A stretch of DNA of 64,000 nucleotides from assembly GCA_021107795.1 (NCBI GenBank), contig JAIOSB010000027.1, forward strand, positions 290 through 64,289, read 5' to 3'. Below, piece after piece: positions 1 through 9,940 of this stretch. Position 1 is the first letter of the stretch. Each line of letters begins with the position of its first letter. A model generated the notes under the pieces. The model saw only the letters and a list, made by a program, of their open reading frames with translations. It was not told where the DNA came from and did no database searches. The DNA is from a bacterium. Lineage in GTDB: Bacteria > Patescibacteriota > Dojkabacteria > SC72. Position numbers and translations under genes: made by a program.

Positions 1-1148
1 ACACCTTTACCTACTGTTTGTCCTCCTTCTCTAATTGCAAATGTTTGACCATCCTCAAGAGCTACTGGAGCAACTAAGGTAACGCTAAACTGTGTATTAT
101 CACCAGGAGCCACCATTTCAGTACCTTCTGGGAGTGTTACATCACCAGTTACATCTGCAGTTCTGATGTAGAACTGTGGCTTGTATCCACTTACAAATGG
201 AGTATGTCTTCCACCTTCTTCTTTGCTTAGGATATATACCTCAGCTTTAAATTCGGTGTGAGTTTTTATAGATCCTGGAGCACAGAGAACTTGACCTCTC
301 TCTACATCCTCTCTCTTAAATCCTCTTAAAAGAATACCTACATTATCACCAGCTTGAGCATCTTGCATGCTCTTGTTGAACATCTCAACACCAGTTACTG
401 TAGTTTTCTGATCTTTCCTACCCATTCCGAGAACCTCTACCTCTTCAGTTAATTTGATAGTACCTCTGTCAATTCTTCCTGTTGTTACTGTACCTCTACC
501 TTCGATAGAGAAAACATCCTCGATAGCCATAAGGAATGGCTTCTCGACATCTCTTTTAGGAATCTCAATGAATGAGTCTACAGCTGCCATAAGTTCTTTT
601 GCTGCAGCAAGGCCTTCTTCTTCACCTTTCTCAGCTGCTAATGCACTACCTACAACAATTGGAGCTTTCTCATCAAATCCATACTTCTTGAGAAGATCCC
701 CAACATCTGCTTTGATAAGTTCTATAATTTCCTCATCAGCACCAGGGAATTTGTTGATGAAAACAACAATCTTAGGAACACCAACCTGCTTTGCAAGCAA
801 TAAGTGCTCTTTTGTTTGTGGCATTGCACCATCATCAGAAGATATAACTAAAATTGCACCATCCATTTGTGCTGCACCTGTGATCATATTCTTAATATAA
901 TCTTTATGACCAGGACAATCTACTAATGCATAATGTCTGCTCTCTGTCTCAAACTCTACGTGTGCAACAGAAATTGTCAATGACTTTGCTCTTGAATCTG
1001 GATCCTTATCAAGCTTGTCAATCATTTTACTAGCCTCTTCTGAATGGGCATTTAGGATACCTCTAACCAAAGTAGTTTTACCGTGATCTACGTGTCCCAA
1101 TGTACCGATATTCATATGGGGCTTTGTTCTTACGAATACATCTGCCAT
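1..1148 (-). CDS. tuf: Elongation factor Tu, divergent; 3' end runs off the window
   Basis: Manual minus-strand translation from ATG 1148: [26 protein letters not shown]...[24 protein letters not shown]...[16 protein letters not shown]...EGGRHTPF...[14 protein letters not shown]. Absent from the ORF track because there is no stop in the window. Confidence 0.97.
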   Translation of the reverse strand, partial: MADVFVRTKPHMNIGTLGHVDHGKTTLVRGILNAHSEEASKMIDKLDKDPDSRAKSLTISVAHVEFETESRHYALVDCPGHKDYIKNMITGAAQMDGAILVISSDDGAMPQTKEHLLLAKQVGVPKIVVFINKFPGADEEIIELIKADVGDLLKKYGFDEKAPIVVGSALAAEKGEEEGLAAAKELMAAVDSFIEIPKRDVEKPFLMAIEDVFSIEGRGTVTTGRIDRGTIKLTEEVEVLGMGRKDQKTTVTGVEMFNKSMQDAQAGDNVGILLRGFKREDVERGQVLCAPGSIKTHTEFKAEVYILSKEEGGRHTPFVSGYKPQFYIRTADVTGDVTLPEGTEMVAPGDNTQFSVTLVAPVALEDGQTFAIREGGQTVGKG

Positions 1149-1228
1149 GAATATTAAAATAAATAATTTATATATATAATATGTTTATTAACATACTTTA
1201 AGATTCTCAAACTGAGAACCTGCGCTGA

Positions 1229-1257
1229 ATGTTATCAAAAAGTTGGTCTTTTTGCAA
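1229..1257 (-). promoter_or_regulatory. Putative sigma70 promoter for tuf
   Basis: Minus strand TTGCAA (1257-1252), 17 bp, TAACAT (1234-1229), with TGn extension. A small hairpin TTCTCA/TGAGAA (1204-1218) lies in the 5' UTR. Confidence 0.6.
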
Positions 1258-1446
1258 GAGGTTTCCTTATTTTACCAAGAAAAGATTCTCTCTAGAAACC
1301 CTCCAAGCATGGCATGGTCTGTCCTATAATATAGTTTTTGCAAACAAGAGACCTAATTATCACCATACCTAAGGTGTTATATCTCCTTTCTGGTGTGCAC
1401 GGACTTGTAAATATGTGGAATTAAGAAACCCTGTCGTAAAGCCTAT

Positions 1447-2088
1447 TTAAGAAGTTTCTGAGATTTTGAATTTCTCGTATTTTTTAATCTCAAACAATTT
1501 TCCGTTGTCTATCATCAAACCATACAGTAAACCAAAAGCACTTGGATTTAAAACATGGAAGTTCTGATTAGTAGCTCCATAGTGTGTATGACCACAGATT
1601 AGGAATCTCTTTTCCCCTGCCCAATTCCCCTTAATATCATCTATCTGACATTTAAACATATTGAGGAAACTCTTCCCTACAATTTTAAAACCGTAATATT
1701 GAATCCAATACCCATATTTTTTTAGAAACTCCAAGTTCAAATCGTCTACCAGTCCATGCCCATGTTCAAAATGTAGATTTAGCCCATCTAGATCTAAGTC
1801 TATTGCTTCTGACTGAGTTTCGGAGAACAGATTTGCGTTATTATCAGAGCGTTCTTTGGAATCATGATTACCAAAGATGTAATGTGCACCTTTTGACTTT
1901 AATAATGGGAAAAGCTCTTTCTTCCAGTCAGAATTAATAAATTCTTCGAATGTACAAAGTTCACTGTCCCAGAAATCTCCACATATTATTACTTTATCTG
2001 CTTTCTCACACCAGTATTTTACCCAATCGAAAAACTTTTTATCGTACTTTACTCGAAGATGACTGTCGGAGAATACAAAAACTTTCAT
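1447..2088 (-). CDS. Calcineurin-like metallophosphoesterase (LpxH/YfcE-like)
   Basis: Motifs DSH, GDFWD, GNHD, HGH and GHTH in canonical order. Confidence 0.9.
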   Translation of the reverse strand: MKVFVFSDSHLRVKYDKKFFDWVKYWCEKADKVIICGDFWDSELCTFEEFINSDWKKELFPLLKSKGAHYIFGNHDSKERSDNNANLFSETQSEAIDLDLDGLNLHFEHGHGLVDDLNLEFLKKYGYWIQYYGFKIVGKSFLNMFKCQIDDIKGNWAGEKRFLICGHTHYGATNQNFHVLNPSAFGLLYGLMIDNGKLFEIKKYEKFKISETS

Positions 2089-2112
2089 AGGATTAATATA
2101 TATTGTAGAGTT

Positions 2113-4209
2113 CTATACATCACTTCCTGAGAGTTCTTCTGTTACACTCTTTGGCACTTCTGAGTATTTCTCAAACTCAACATTTGCACTACCCCTACCA
2201 CTAGTAATTGATCTCAGTTCACTTGTATATCCGAAGAGTTCTGCTAGAGGGACAAATGCTTTAACTAGAGTAATTCCATTCCCAATACTCTCAGACCCTT
2301 GGATTTGACCTCTCTTACTACTCAAGGATGCGGTTATATCTCCCATATTAGCATCTGGCATTTCTACTTCTACCTTCATCAAAGGCTCAAGGAGTATAGG
2401 TTTTGCTCTCTTACATCCAGATTTGAAGGCCATAGATCCTGCAACTTTAAATGCAGACTCTGAAGAATCTACTTCATGGTAAGAACCATCATATACCGTT
2501 ACCTTTATATCTACTACTGGATATCCAGCGACTACACCAGATTTCATAGATTCTACTACACCTTTTTGTATAGAAGGTATGAATTCTTTAGGGATAGATC
2601 CTCCTTTAATAGCATTAACAAATTCGAATCCTTTACCGGCCTGATTAGGTTCCAATTTAAGCCAACAGTGTCCATATTGTCCCTTACCACCAGACTGTTT
2701 GACATACCTACCTTCACTTTCCTCACATATATTTTTAATTGTCTCTCTATATGCTACCTGTGGTTTCCCTACATTCGCTATTACATTAAATTCTCTCTTC
2801 ATACGGTCTACCATAATTTCGAGATGCAATTCACCCATTCCAGAAATAATAGTTTGTCCCGTCTCATGATTAGTTTCTACTTTAAATGTAGGGTCTTCCT
2901 TTGCAAGCTTAGCAAGTGCTGTACCCATCTTCTCTTCATCAGATTTAGTGGCTGGTTCAACAGCTTGAGATACAACTGGTACCGCAAATACAATTTGTTC
3001 AAGAATAATATGCTCTTTCTCATCACAAAGTGTATCTCCCGTTGTTGAATCCTTAAGCCCTACAATTGCTCCAATATCTCCTGCTCTCAACATATCTACT
3101 TCTTCCCTGTCATCAGCATGCATTAATACAAGTCTACCGACTCTTTCTCTTATCCCTTTAGTTGAGTTGTAAACATAACTTCCTGCCTTAAGAGTCCCTG
3201 AGTACATTCTAAAGTAGGATAATGTCCCAATATGTGGATCACTTACAATCTTAAATACTAAAGATGAGAATGGTTCATTTTCATCTGGTTTTCTTTCAAT
3301 CTCTTCTTTAGTTTTAGGATCAATACCTTTAATAGCAGGAACATCAAGTGGAGATGGCAAACAGATAGTGATGTAATCAAGAAGTGTCCGAGCCATTGCA
3401 GATCTACCATCGCCTCCCATTACAGGGTACATATCTCCTGCAATAGTAGCTTTCCTAAGTGCACCATATAACTCATCTACTGTAATTTCTTCTCCTGCGA
3501 AATATTTCTCCATCAAACTGTCTTCCTGCTCTACAAGTTTCTCAAGCAAAATCTCTCTATATTTCTTCACCATATCATTCATTTCCTCTGGGATTTCTCT
3601 CTCTACTAATTCTGGAGAGTCTATTCCATCATATTGATATGCCTTCATCTGTATCAAATCTACATATCCATTAAGTTCTGTCTCTCTTCCAATTGGGAGA
3701 TTAATAGCAGTTGCTTTTGGACTTAACCTCTCCTTAATTGTACCAAAACTCTTTTCGAAATCTCCACCAATTAGATTTATCTTGTTCATAAAACAGATTC
3801 TAGGAACATTATATTTGTTTGCTTGTCTCCAGACTGTCTCTGATTGTGGTTCTACACCTTTCCTCCCATCAAAAAGAACAACAGCACCATCTAATACCCT
3901 AAGAGATCTCTCAACCTCTGCTGTAAAATCTACATGGCCAGGGGTATCTATAATATTGATTCTGTGATCCTTCTTTTTATACTCCCAAAAACATGTAACA
4001 GCTGCTGACATAATAGTAATCCCTCTCTCTTGCTCTTGCTCCATGAAGTCTGTAGTTGCAGCACCATCATGTACCTCTCCAATCTTGTGTGTTTGTCCTG
4101 TAAAGAAAAGTAGCCTCTCAGTAGTAGTAGTCTTTCCAGCGTCGATATGAGCAATGATACCAATGTTTCTCACTAACTCTAAGGGCATCTTAATATTGTA
4201 GGTTTCCAT
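2113..4209 (-). CDS. fusA: Elongation factor G
   Basis: [57 protein letters not shown]; 698 aa. Confidence 0.98.
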   Translation of the reverse strand: METYNIKMPLELVRNIGIIAHIDAGKTTTTERLLFFTGQTHKIGEVHDGAATTDFMEQEQERGITIMSAAVTCFWEYKKKDHRINIIDTPGHVDFTAEVERSLRVLDGAVVLFDGRKGVEPQSETVWRQANKYNVPRICFMNKINLIGGDFEKSFGTIKERLSPKATAINLPIGRETELNGYVDLIQMKAYQYDGIDSPELVEREIPEEMNDMVKKYREILLEKLVEQEDSLMEKYFAGEEITVDELYGALRKATIAGDMYPVMGGDGRSAMARTLLDYITICLPSPLDVPAIKGIDPKTKEEIERKPDENEPFSSLVFKIVSDPHIGTLSYFRMYSGTLKAGSYVYNSTKGIRERVGRLVLMHADDREEVDMLRAGDIGAIVGLKDSTTGDTLCDEKEHIILEQIVFAVPVVSQAVEPATKSDEEKMGTALAKLAKEDPTFKVETNHETGQTIISGMGELHLEIMVDRMKREFNVIANVGKPQVAYRETIKNICEESEGRYVKQSGGKGQYGHCWLKLEPNQAGKGFEFVNAIKGGSIPKEFIPSIQKGVVESMKSGVVAGYPVVDIKVTVYDGSYHEVDSSESAFKVAGSMAFKSGCKRAKPILLEPLMKVEVEMPDANMGDITASLSSKRGQIQGSESIGNGITLVKAFVPLAELFGYTSELRSITSGRGSANVEFEKYSEVPKSVTEELSGSDV

Positions 4210-4271
4210 AAAAATATAACTAAATTATAAGTAAATCACTTTTCATAAACAGAAAATAGTGTACGATACGC

Positions 4272-4300
4272 ATTATATCAAACTATTCTACCTGTGCCAA
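4272..4300 (-). promoter_or_regulatory. Putative sigma70 promoter for fusA
   Basis: Minus strand TTGGCA (4300-4295), 17 bp, TATAAT (4277-4272), with TGn extension. Confidence 0.65.
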
Positions 4301-5728
4301 CAATTTCTCAACTTCAATAGAGACATTTCCTTCTAAATCATACTCCAAAGCACTCTCAAAATTGCTTTTTGCCGACACTTCATCACCACTATCTAGATCA
4401 AATACCCCTTTCATCCAGTAGTACTGGGGATTGAATCTGTCTAAAGATAGAAGTATTTCTAAATCAGAACTTACACTCTCTAACTCCCCTTTATCAAGAG
4501 CATTCCTTATACTCCAGAATAGATATTCTTTTTTCTCACTATCCTGCAGACTCATCTCAGAAAGTTTCCCAAGATAGTAGTTTAACTTAGCATCATTTTG
4601 TGCATTGTAATATAATTCCACCCCTATTAAATACAACCAATCCTCTTTGATATCCTTAACAATATTAGAGTACACTTCTTGAGACTTGGTGGTTTGATTA
4701 GATGAAATAAGGATGTGTAAATACTCTTTAATCAAGTCTTCTTCTAAATCTACTCCTGAGTATCCCACAGCCCTATCGTAATATATGATGGCATTAACTA
4801 AATCATCTTGATGGTAGTAAGCTCTACCCAACATCCAGTATTTCTGATTTTCATATCCAATTAAACTTACAGATTGAAGTAAAACCTCCACTGCTTTTTC
4901 ATAATTACCACCATCAAGATACGCTTTCCCTAGAATATACAATCCATCTACATATTGTGCTAATCCTTCAATCTCTGACTCCAGTATAGAGATAGTTAGT
5001 GTAGGATACCCATTATTAATATATATTCTCCCCAACTTCGCCTTGTTAAATAGTTCATCCTCATCAAGAGAGGTAAGTACAAACATATATTCATCAAAGT
5101 ATCCACTCCATTCCGTATTTATTACAGTGTAATCATCTAATATATTTACAGCTTTTGTATTATCCTGAGAACCTACTATATATGCGTAAAGAAGAGTTGC
5201 TTCGTCAGAGGTGACATCATCATATTTTTTCTGTAAGAGGTCTTTTGCCCTATCTATCTTCCCATTGAGTACACAAGATTTCGCTAGACCTAGATTAACA
5301 GTAGGATTACTATTTAAAGATGCTGCCAGTTCATAGTTGATATTTGCATTGTAGTAGTCCTTGCTATCGTAATATTTCTCAGCAATACTTGCATATATCA
5401 GGCTACAATCAGAAGAGGATAATGAATTCTGAGATTTGTTAGCAACTTCTAAGGCTGAATCAAAATCGTTTTTTGCTAAATATATGTCTATAATTCTCGA
5501 GTATGCTTTACCGTCTGTATGCACTATCTTTATCGACTCATTGTACTTTGATATCGCTTCTGAGTATTCTTTGGCACTCAAAAGAACATCTCCCTGTTCT
5601 ACTATTTGTTCATATTGTTCAAGCTCAGCTTGTGTAGGAGGTCTGAAGTAAAAATATGCAAATACACCACCTGCTACAAGGAGTATACCCATTATTATGG
5701 AAACTATTACCAGAACTTTCTTTTTCAT
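4283..5728 (-). CDS. Membrane-anchored TPR-repeat protein
   Basis: N-terminal hydrophobic helix, then TPR-like repeats (GLYILGKAYLDGGNYEKAVEVL, KYWMLGRAYYHQDDLVNAIIYY). Confidence 0.8.
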   Translation of the reverse strand: MKKKVLVIVSIIMGILLVAGGVFAYFYFRPPTQAELEQYEQIVEQGDVLLSAKEYSEAISKYNESIKIVHTDGKAYSRIIDIYLAKNDFDSALEVANKSQNSLSSSDCSLIYASIAEKYYDSKDYYNANINYELAASLNSNPTVNLGLAKSCVLNGKIDRAKDLLQKKYDDVTSDEATLLYAYIVGSQDNTKAVNILDDYTVINTEWSGYFDEYMFVLTSLDEDELFNKAKLGRIYINNGYPTLTISILESEIEGLAQYVDGLYILGKAYLDGGNYEKAVEVLLQSVSLIGYENQKYWMLGRAYYHQDDLVNAIIYYDRAVGYSGVDLEEDLIKEYLHILISSNQTTKSQEVYSNIVKDIKEDWLYLIGVELYYNAQNDAKLNYYLGKLSEMSLQDSEKKEYLFWSIRNALDKGELESVSSDLEILLSLDRFNPQYYWMKGVFDLDSGDEVSAKSNFESALEYDLEGNVSIEVEKLLAQVE

Positions 5729-5737
5729 ACTATTTCT

Positions 5738-5766
5738 AGCATAATTTAGAGCTAGATAATTGTCAA
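5738..5766 (-). promoter_or_regulatory. Putative promoter for the TPR gene, in a divergent promoter region
   Basis: TTGACA (5766-5761), 17 bp, TATGCT (5743-5738). The opposite strand has TGaTATACT (5788-5796) ahead of 5807. Confidence 0.55.
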
Positions 5767-5806
5767 ATTTAACTTACAAAGTAATCATGATATACTCGTA
5801 CACATT

Positions 5807-6730
5807 ATGAAAACTTCAAAGTTAGTAATCCTAACTTCTACAATCTGTCTTTCCCTGCTACTTCCAATTATTTTAATAGGTGTTAATCCTAAATATACCT
5901 ATGCGCATGATACAAAAGATGTTGTTGATATTCCTACTGTTTTGTTTGATTTGAATACTCAAGAGGTAAATCATGTGTTTGATTTGAGTCTAGTCACTGT
6001 AGTTATCAATGGAAGGCCTACACAGGTATTGACAAAGAGAACAGATGTTTTTGATTTGTTGAGGGATCTTGGGGTAGTGGTAGATAATAGTAAGAGGATT
6101 GTGAGTATTTCTCAAGAGGTGCAATCAGGGAGTGTAATTAGGGTAATAACTGTGGGGACAGTTGTAGAGGAACTAAATATTGACATACCTTTTGAAACAG
6201 AAAGAATTAATACAAAGGATATTCCATATGGTGATACTTTGGTCTCACAAAAGGGTGTACTTGGTATACGTACACAACAGATAGAGAAGGTTTATGAAGA
6301 TGGGAAGTTGGTATCAGAGGTTATTCTCTCTGAGGTTATTACTAGAAAGGCTAAGGGAGAAATCATTAAGGTCGGAGTATTAAGTTATGGTATTGCGGAT
6401 TTAGAGAAGACTTATGGGTACAATTGTACACATTGGAGGGGAGTTGTTAATAGTGGGAACTATACAGAAAGGGAGAAGGAGTGGTTAAACTTTGTAATGT
6501 ATTGTGAGTCTGGTTGTAATGCAGAGAGTGATAAAAACTCCGTATACAAAGGTCTTTACCAATGGAACCCAAGATATTGGAATATATTCTATCCTAAGGA
6601 TAATATTTATGATGGTTATGCTCAAATTGAAAACACTATAATAAAAATTAGAAAGGGTGCAAAGCTTTACTCATACTGGCCTGATTGTCATAGAAAGTAT
6701 GTAGCTAAGTATGGGGAGTATGATAGATAG
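5807..6730 (+). CDS. RpfB-like exported protein (DUF348/ubiquitin-like + G5 + lysozyme-like domain)
   Basis: Signal peptide ending TYA, G5 motif (IPFETE..QKGVLG..YEDGKLV..IIKVG), C-terminal CESGCN...GLYQW resembling the Rpf/lytic transglycosylase catalytic-Glu motif. Confidence 0.75.
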   Translation: MKTSKLVILTSTICLSLLLPIILIGVNPKYTYAHDTKDVVDIPTVLFDLNTQEVNHVFDLSLVTVVINGRPTQVLTKRTDVFDLLRDLGVVVDNSKRIVSISQEVQSGSVIRVITVGTVVEELNIDIPFETERINTKDIPYGDTLVSQKGVLGIRTQQIEKVYEDGKLVSEVILSEVITRKAKGEIIKVGVLSYGIADLEKTYGYNCTHWRGVVNSGNYTEREKEWLNFVMYCESGCNAESDKNSVYKGLYQWNPRYWNIFYPKDNIYDGYAQIENTIIKIRKGAKLYSYWPDCHRKYVAKYGEYDR

Positions 6731-8743
6731 CTAAGAATTCCAACTAAAGTACTCACAAATATCCTGTGGTATTTCTCCTAGAAACCTAGACGGTATTTGA
6801 TCGGAATAACCTTCTCTACTCCTTCTCCTCTCTGCAAATATCATATACAGCTTCTCCCTTGCCCTAGTAATCCCTACATAACAAAGCCTTCTCTCTTCTT
6901 CCAACCCCTTCTCATCCGTAAAAGATCGTGAATGAGGGAGTATTCCCTCCTCTACTCCTATCATAAAGATATAATCAAACTCCAAACCCTTAGATGAGTG
7001 TAATGTCATAAGATTAACATTCATACCACTCCCATCCTTATTCTTATCCTGCTCCTGTTCAATCAGCGCTATCTCTTGTAAGAAAATCTCCAGTGATTTA
7101 TCACCATACTTAGTTACATAGGTATTAGCCACATTCTTTAGCTCTTCAATATTCTCTATCTTGTACTGTGCTTGTTCAGTACCATCATCTATAGATTGTA
7201 TATATTTTGTTTGAGATAGGACTCTCTCTATTACCTCTAAGGCATCTTTGCCTTGTGAACTCACATATATACTACCAAATACAACCACTACAGACTGATA
7301 TTTATTTATATCCTCTATATATGGCTCTACACTCTTAATTATCGTCTTATCAAAACTCGTACTCTCTCTAAACTCAGGATTATTCACAAGATATGCACCA
7401 ACCAGTAACTCTCCAAGAGTACACTGCACCATCTTAGCAATATCATGTAACTTAGCCACACTCTTCGGACCCATCTTACGACTTGGTACATTAATCACTC
7501 TACTTAGACTAAGTTCATCCTTTAAATTCACTACACACCGGAGGTAACTAAGAACATCTTTTATTTCCTGCCTATCATAGAATCTAAAACCTCCAACCAA
7601 CTTGTAAGGCAATCCATTACTCAAAAGCGTCTCCTCTATCATTCTCGATTGGAAATTGGTACGGTAAAGCACCGCTATAGTTGATAGGTTGACTCCTTTT
7701 CTTCTTAACTCATTTATTTCATCTATGACATACTCGGCTTCTTCCTCCTGATCCCTTGCCTGATATACCGTTATCTCATCACCATTCCCTTTGTCCGTCC
7801 ACAACTCCTTCTCTATCCTTGTATTATTTTGTCCAATTACAGCAACTGCAGCCTCTATTACATTTTTCGTAGATCTATAATTCTGTTCTAGTTTAACAAC
7901 TTTCACATTTTTAAAATCTGTTTCAAATGATTGAATATTTTTAATATCAGCACCTCTCCATGTATATATACCTTGATCGTCATCTCCTACTACACAAAGA
8001 TTTTTGTACTTTGCAGATAGTAATTTAATAAATTTATACTGTACTGCATTAGTATCTTGATATTCATCTACCATGATATATTTGAATTTCTCTTGATATT
8101 TGCTTAATATTTTCTCATTCTCATCAAGTAACTTCACACAGAGGTAGAGTAGATCACCAAAATCAACACTATTTTGTGCAAGTAATTGTTTTTGATACTC
8201 CGGATATATTTGTGCAACAACATCTTCGATGTAACCACCATAGTGATTAGGAAATTGTTCTGCAGATATGAATTCGTTCTTTGCACTAGATATGAAATAT
8301 GCTATCGATTTAGGCTTTATCTGTTTTATATCTATATCTCTTTCTAAAAGCAATTCTTTTACTAAATTCTCTGAGTCGGATGAGTCATATATTGAAAAGT
8401 TTGATGTTAGTCCTAATTCTTTCGCATTCTGCCTTAGAATCATAGCCCCTATTGAATGGAATGTACCTATTACAGGTTGCAAACCTTCTTCCACCCCTAT
8501 ATCTTTTAGCATTTCAGCTACTCTTTCTTTCATCTCTCCAGCGGCTTTCTTAGTGAAGGTTACTGCTAGTATATTTGTTGGATTGATAGATTTTTTTGAT
8601 ATGAGGTATGCTATACGGTTAGTGATAACTCTGGTTTTACCAGATCCTGCTCCAGCAAATACAAGTAGTGGTCCTTCCGTATGTTGTACTGCAATCTTTT
8701 GTTGTGGATTAAGCCTAGACAGGATTACATCACCATTGTTCAT
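6731..8743 (-). CDS. pcrA: ATP-dependent DNA helicase PcrA/UvrD
   Basis: AGAGSGKT, VDEYQDTN, VGDDDQ, LEQNYRST, TLHSSKGLEF, EERRLCYVGITRA. Confidence 0.96.
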   Translation of the reverse strand: MNNGDVILSRLNPQQKIAVQHTEGPLLVFAGAGSGKTRVITNRIAYLISKKSINPTNILAVTFTKKAAGEMKERVAEMLKDIGVEEGLQPVIGTFHSIGAMILRQNAKELGLTSNFSIYDSSDSENLVKELLLERDIDIKQIKPKSIAYFISSAKNEFISAEQFPNHYGGYIEDVVAQIYPEYQKQLLAQNSVDFGDLLYLCVKLLDENEKILSKYQEKFKYIMVDEYQDTNAVQYKFIKLLSAKYKNLCVVGDDDQGIYTWRGADIKNIQSFETDFKNVKVVKLEQNYRSTKNVIEAAVAVIGQNNTRIEKELWTDKGNGDEITVYQARDQEEEAEYVIDEINELRRKGVNLSTIAVLYRTNFQSRMIEETLLSNGLPYKLVGGFRFYDRQEIKDVLSYLRCVVNLKDELSLSRVINVPSRKMGPKSVAKLHDIAKMVQCTLGELLVGAYLVNNPEFRESTSFDKTIIKSVEPYIEDINKYQSVVVVFGSIYVSSQGKDALEVIERVLSQTKYIQSIDDGTEQAQYKIENIEELKNVANTYVTKYGDKSLEIFLQEIALIEQEQDKNKDGSGMNVNLMTLHSSKGLEFDYIFMIGVEEGILPHSRSFTDEKGLEEERRLCYVGITRAREKLYMIFAERRRSREGYSDQIPSRFLGEIPQDICEYFSWNS

Positions 8744-8770
8744 GTGACTAGTATTCTAATTAAGATACAA

Positions 8771-9925
8771 TTATATTTCTTTGGCATATTTACCATATAC
8801 CCAACCCTCTTTATCTTGCCCAAAGAGTATTTGATACCAACCTTCCTCTTCTTTTACTACAATATATACCTCCCCATCGTTCGCAACATCTATTTTCTCG
8901 CAGCTATACCACCTACATTCCCTTATATTCACGAACCCAAACTCTGGAGAGACCATTTTTACTAATGTATTATCACCTTTGGTTACAGTAAACTCAACCA
9001 CAAATTCAGAGTCTGAGAAGACTTCCTTCTTGAATTTGTAAATCTCGAATGTTTCTACATTTTCTCCGGGTAATACCTTAGGATCTAACTTAAATGTCAT
9101 CTCTATACTTTCTCCTGGTAGTACATATCTGTCAGAAGAAATATGTGTTGGTTTACTAAAACTGTCCCACTCCCCATTAAGAGCATATATACTTTCTTTA
9201 GAATCTTTCACTGATATATATATTGGGTATTTATCAGAAAGCCATACAAAGTCATTTCCATTCTTTATAGTTACTTTAACTTGCAGTGTATTCCCTATCT
9301 CTACAGCCTCTTCATATTCTACACTCTCAATCTCAGCTACATACTCCAAGTGTTCTCTCTCACTAACCTTCCATTCTTCTAGGCTATCACCAATTGATGA
9401 CTTAAACAGGTTGTTGGATTCCACTAGCTCAAGTTTTGAGAGAGTGGCTTCTGATTCTACGATATTGAAAGAATGGCTGTCATATTGAGTAATTCCATAT
9501 TTGTGAGATAGGTCATTCGCAAGTTCTAGAATGGAGGATTTTGCTTTACTACTTACTTGTGCATTATTCGATAGATATGCTACTACAATATATTTTGCAT
9601 CTGTAAGTTTTAAAGTATCTACATTTTGTGTACTGAATATATCTCCATTTTCATCAATTGCGTAGTGGAAAGGTATATTTCCTAGTTTCAGTTTTGTAAT
9701 TGAGTAGTAATATGTTACATCAAGGTAATCTTCTGTACTTAGGTTTAAGGTGTCGTAACTTCCCTCAACTTGCGTAAAGAGGATTTTAGTTGGTTGTTGG
9801 TATTGATATTCTACACCAGCGACTAGAGAAGTATCAAAATCGGAGTATGATTCTTCATATCCTAATATTGGAGTAGTAAATATTGCAAGGAAAAGGATTG
9901 TTAGTAAGATATTTTTAATTTTCAT
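8771..9925 (-). CDS. Exported protein: degenerate amidase_2/PGRP-like domain + Ig-like domain + C-terminal SH3b
   Basis: Signal peptide from ATG 9925. NIPFHYAIDENGDIF resembles the amidase DIGYHFLID motif. The C-terminal VNIREC..EEGWYQI..EGWVYGKY is SH3b-like. Confidence 0.65.
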   Translation of the reverse strand: MKIKNILLTILFLAIFTTPILGYEESYSDFDTSLVAGVEYQYQQPTKILFTQVEGSYDTLNLSTEDYLDVTYYYSITKLKLGNIPFHYAIDENGDIFSTQNVDTLKLTDAKYIVVAYLSNNAQVSSKAKSSILELANDLSHKYGITQYDSHSFNIVESEATLSKLELVESNNLFKSSIGDSLEEWKVSEREHLEYVAEIESVEYEEAVEIGNTLQVKVTIKNGNDFVWLSDKYPIYISVKDSKESIYALNGEWDSFSKPTHISSDRYVLPGESIEMTFKLDPKVLPGENVETFEIYKFKKEVFSDSEFVVEFTVTKGDNTLVKMVSPEFGFVNIRECRWYSCEKIDVANDGEVYIVVKEEEGWYQILFGQDKEGWVYGKYAKEI

Positions 9926-9940
9926 ATCACATTGTACCAA

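Noticed and set aside
454-900. 148-aa plus-strand ORF
   Set aside because: Antisense shadow of tuf. The same applies to the many short ORFs lying opposite fusA, pcrA, infB, lepA, lon and others.
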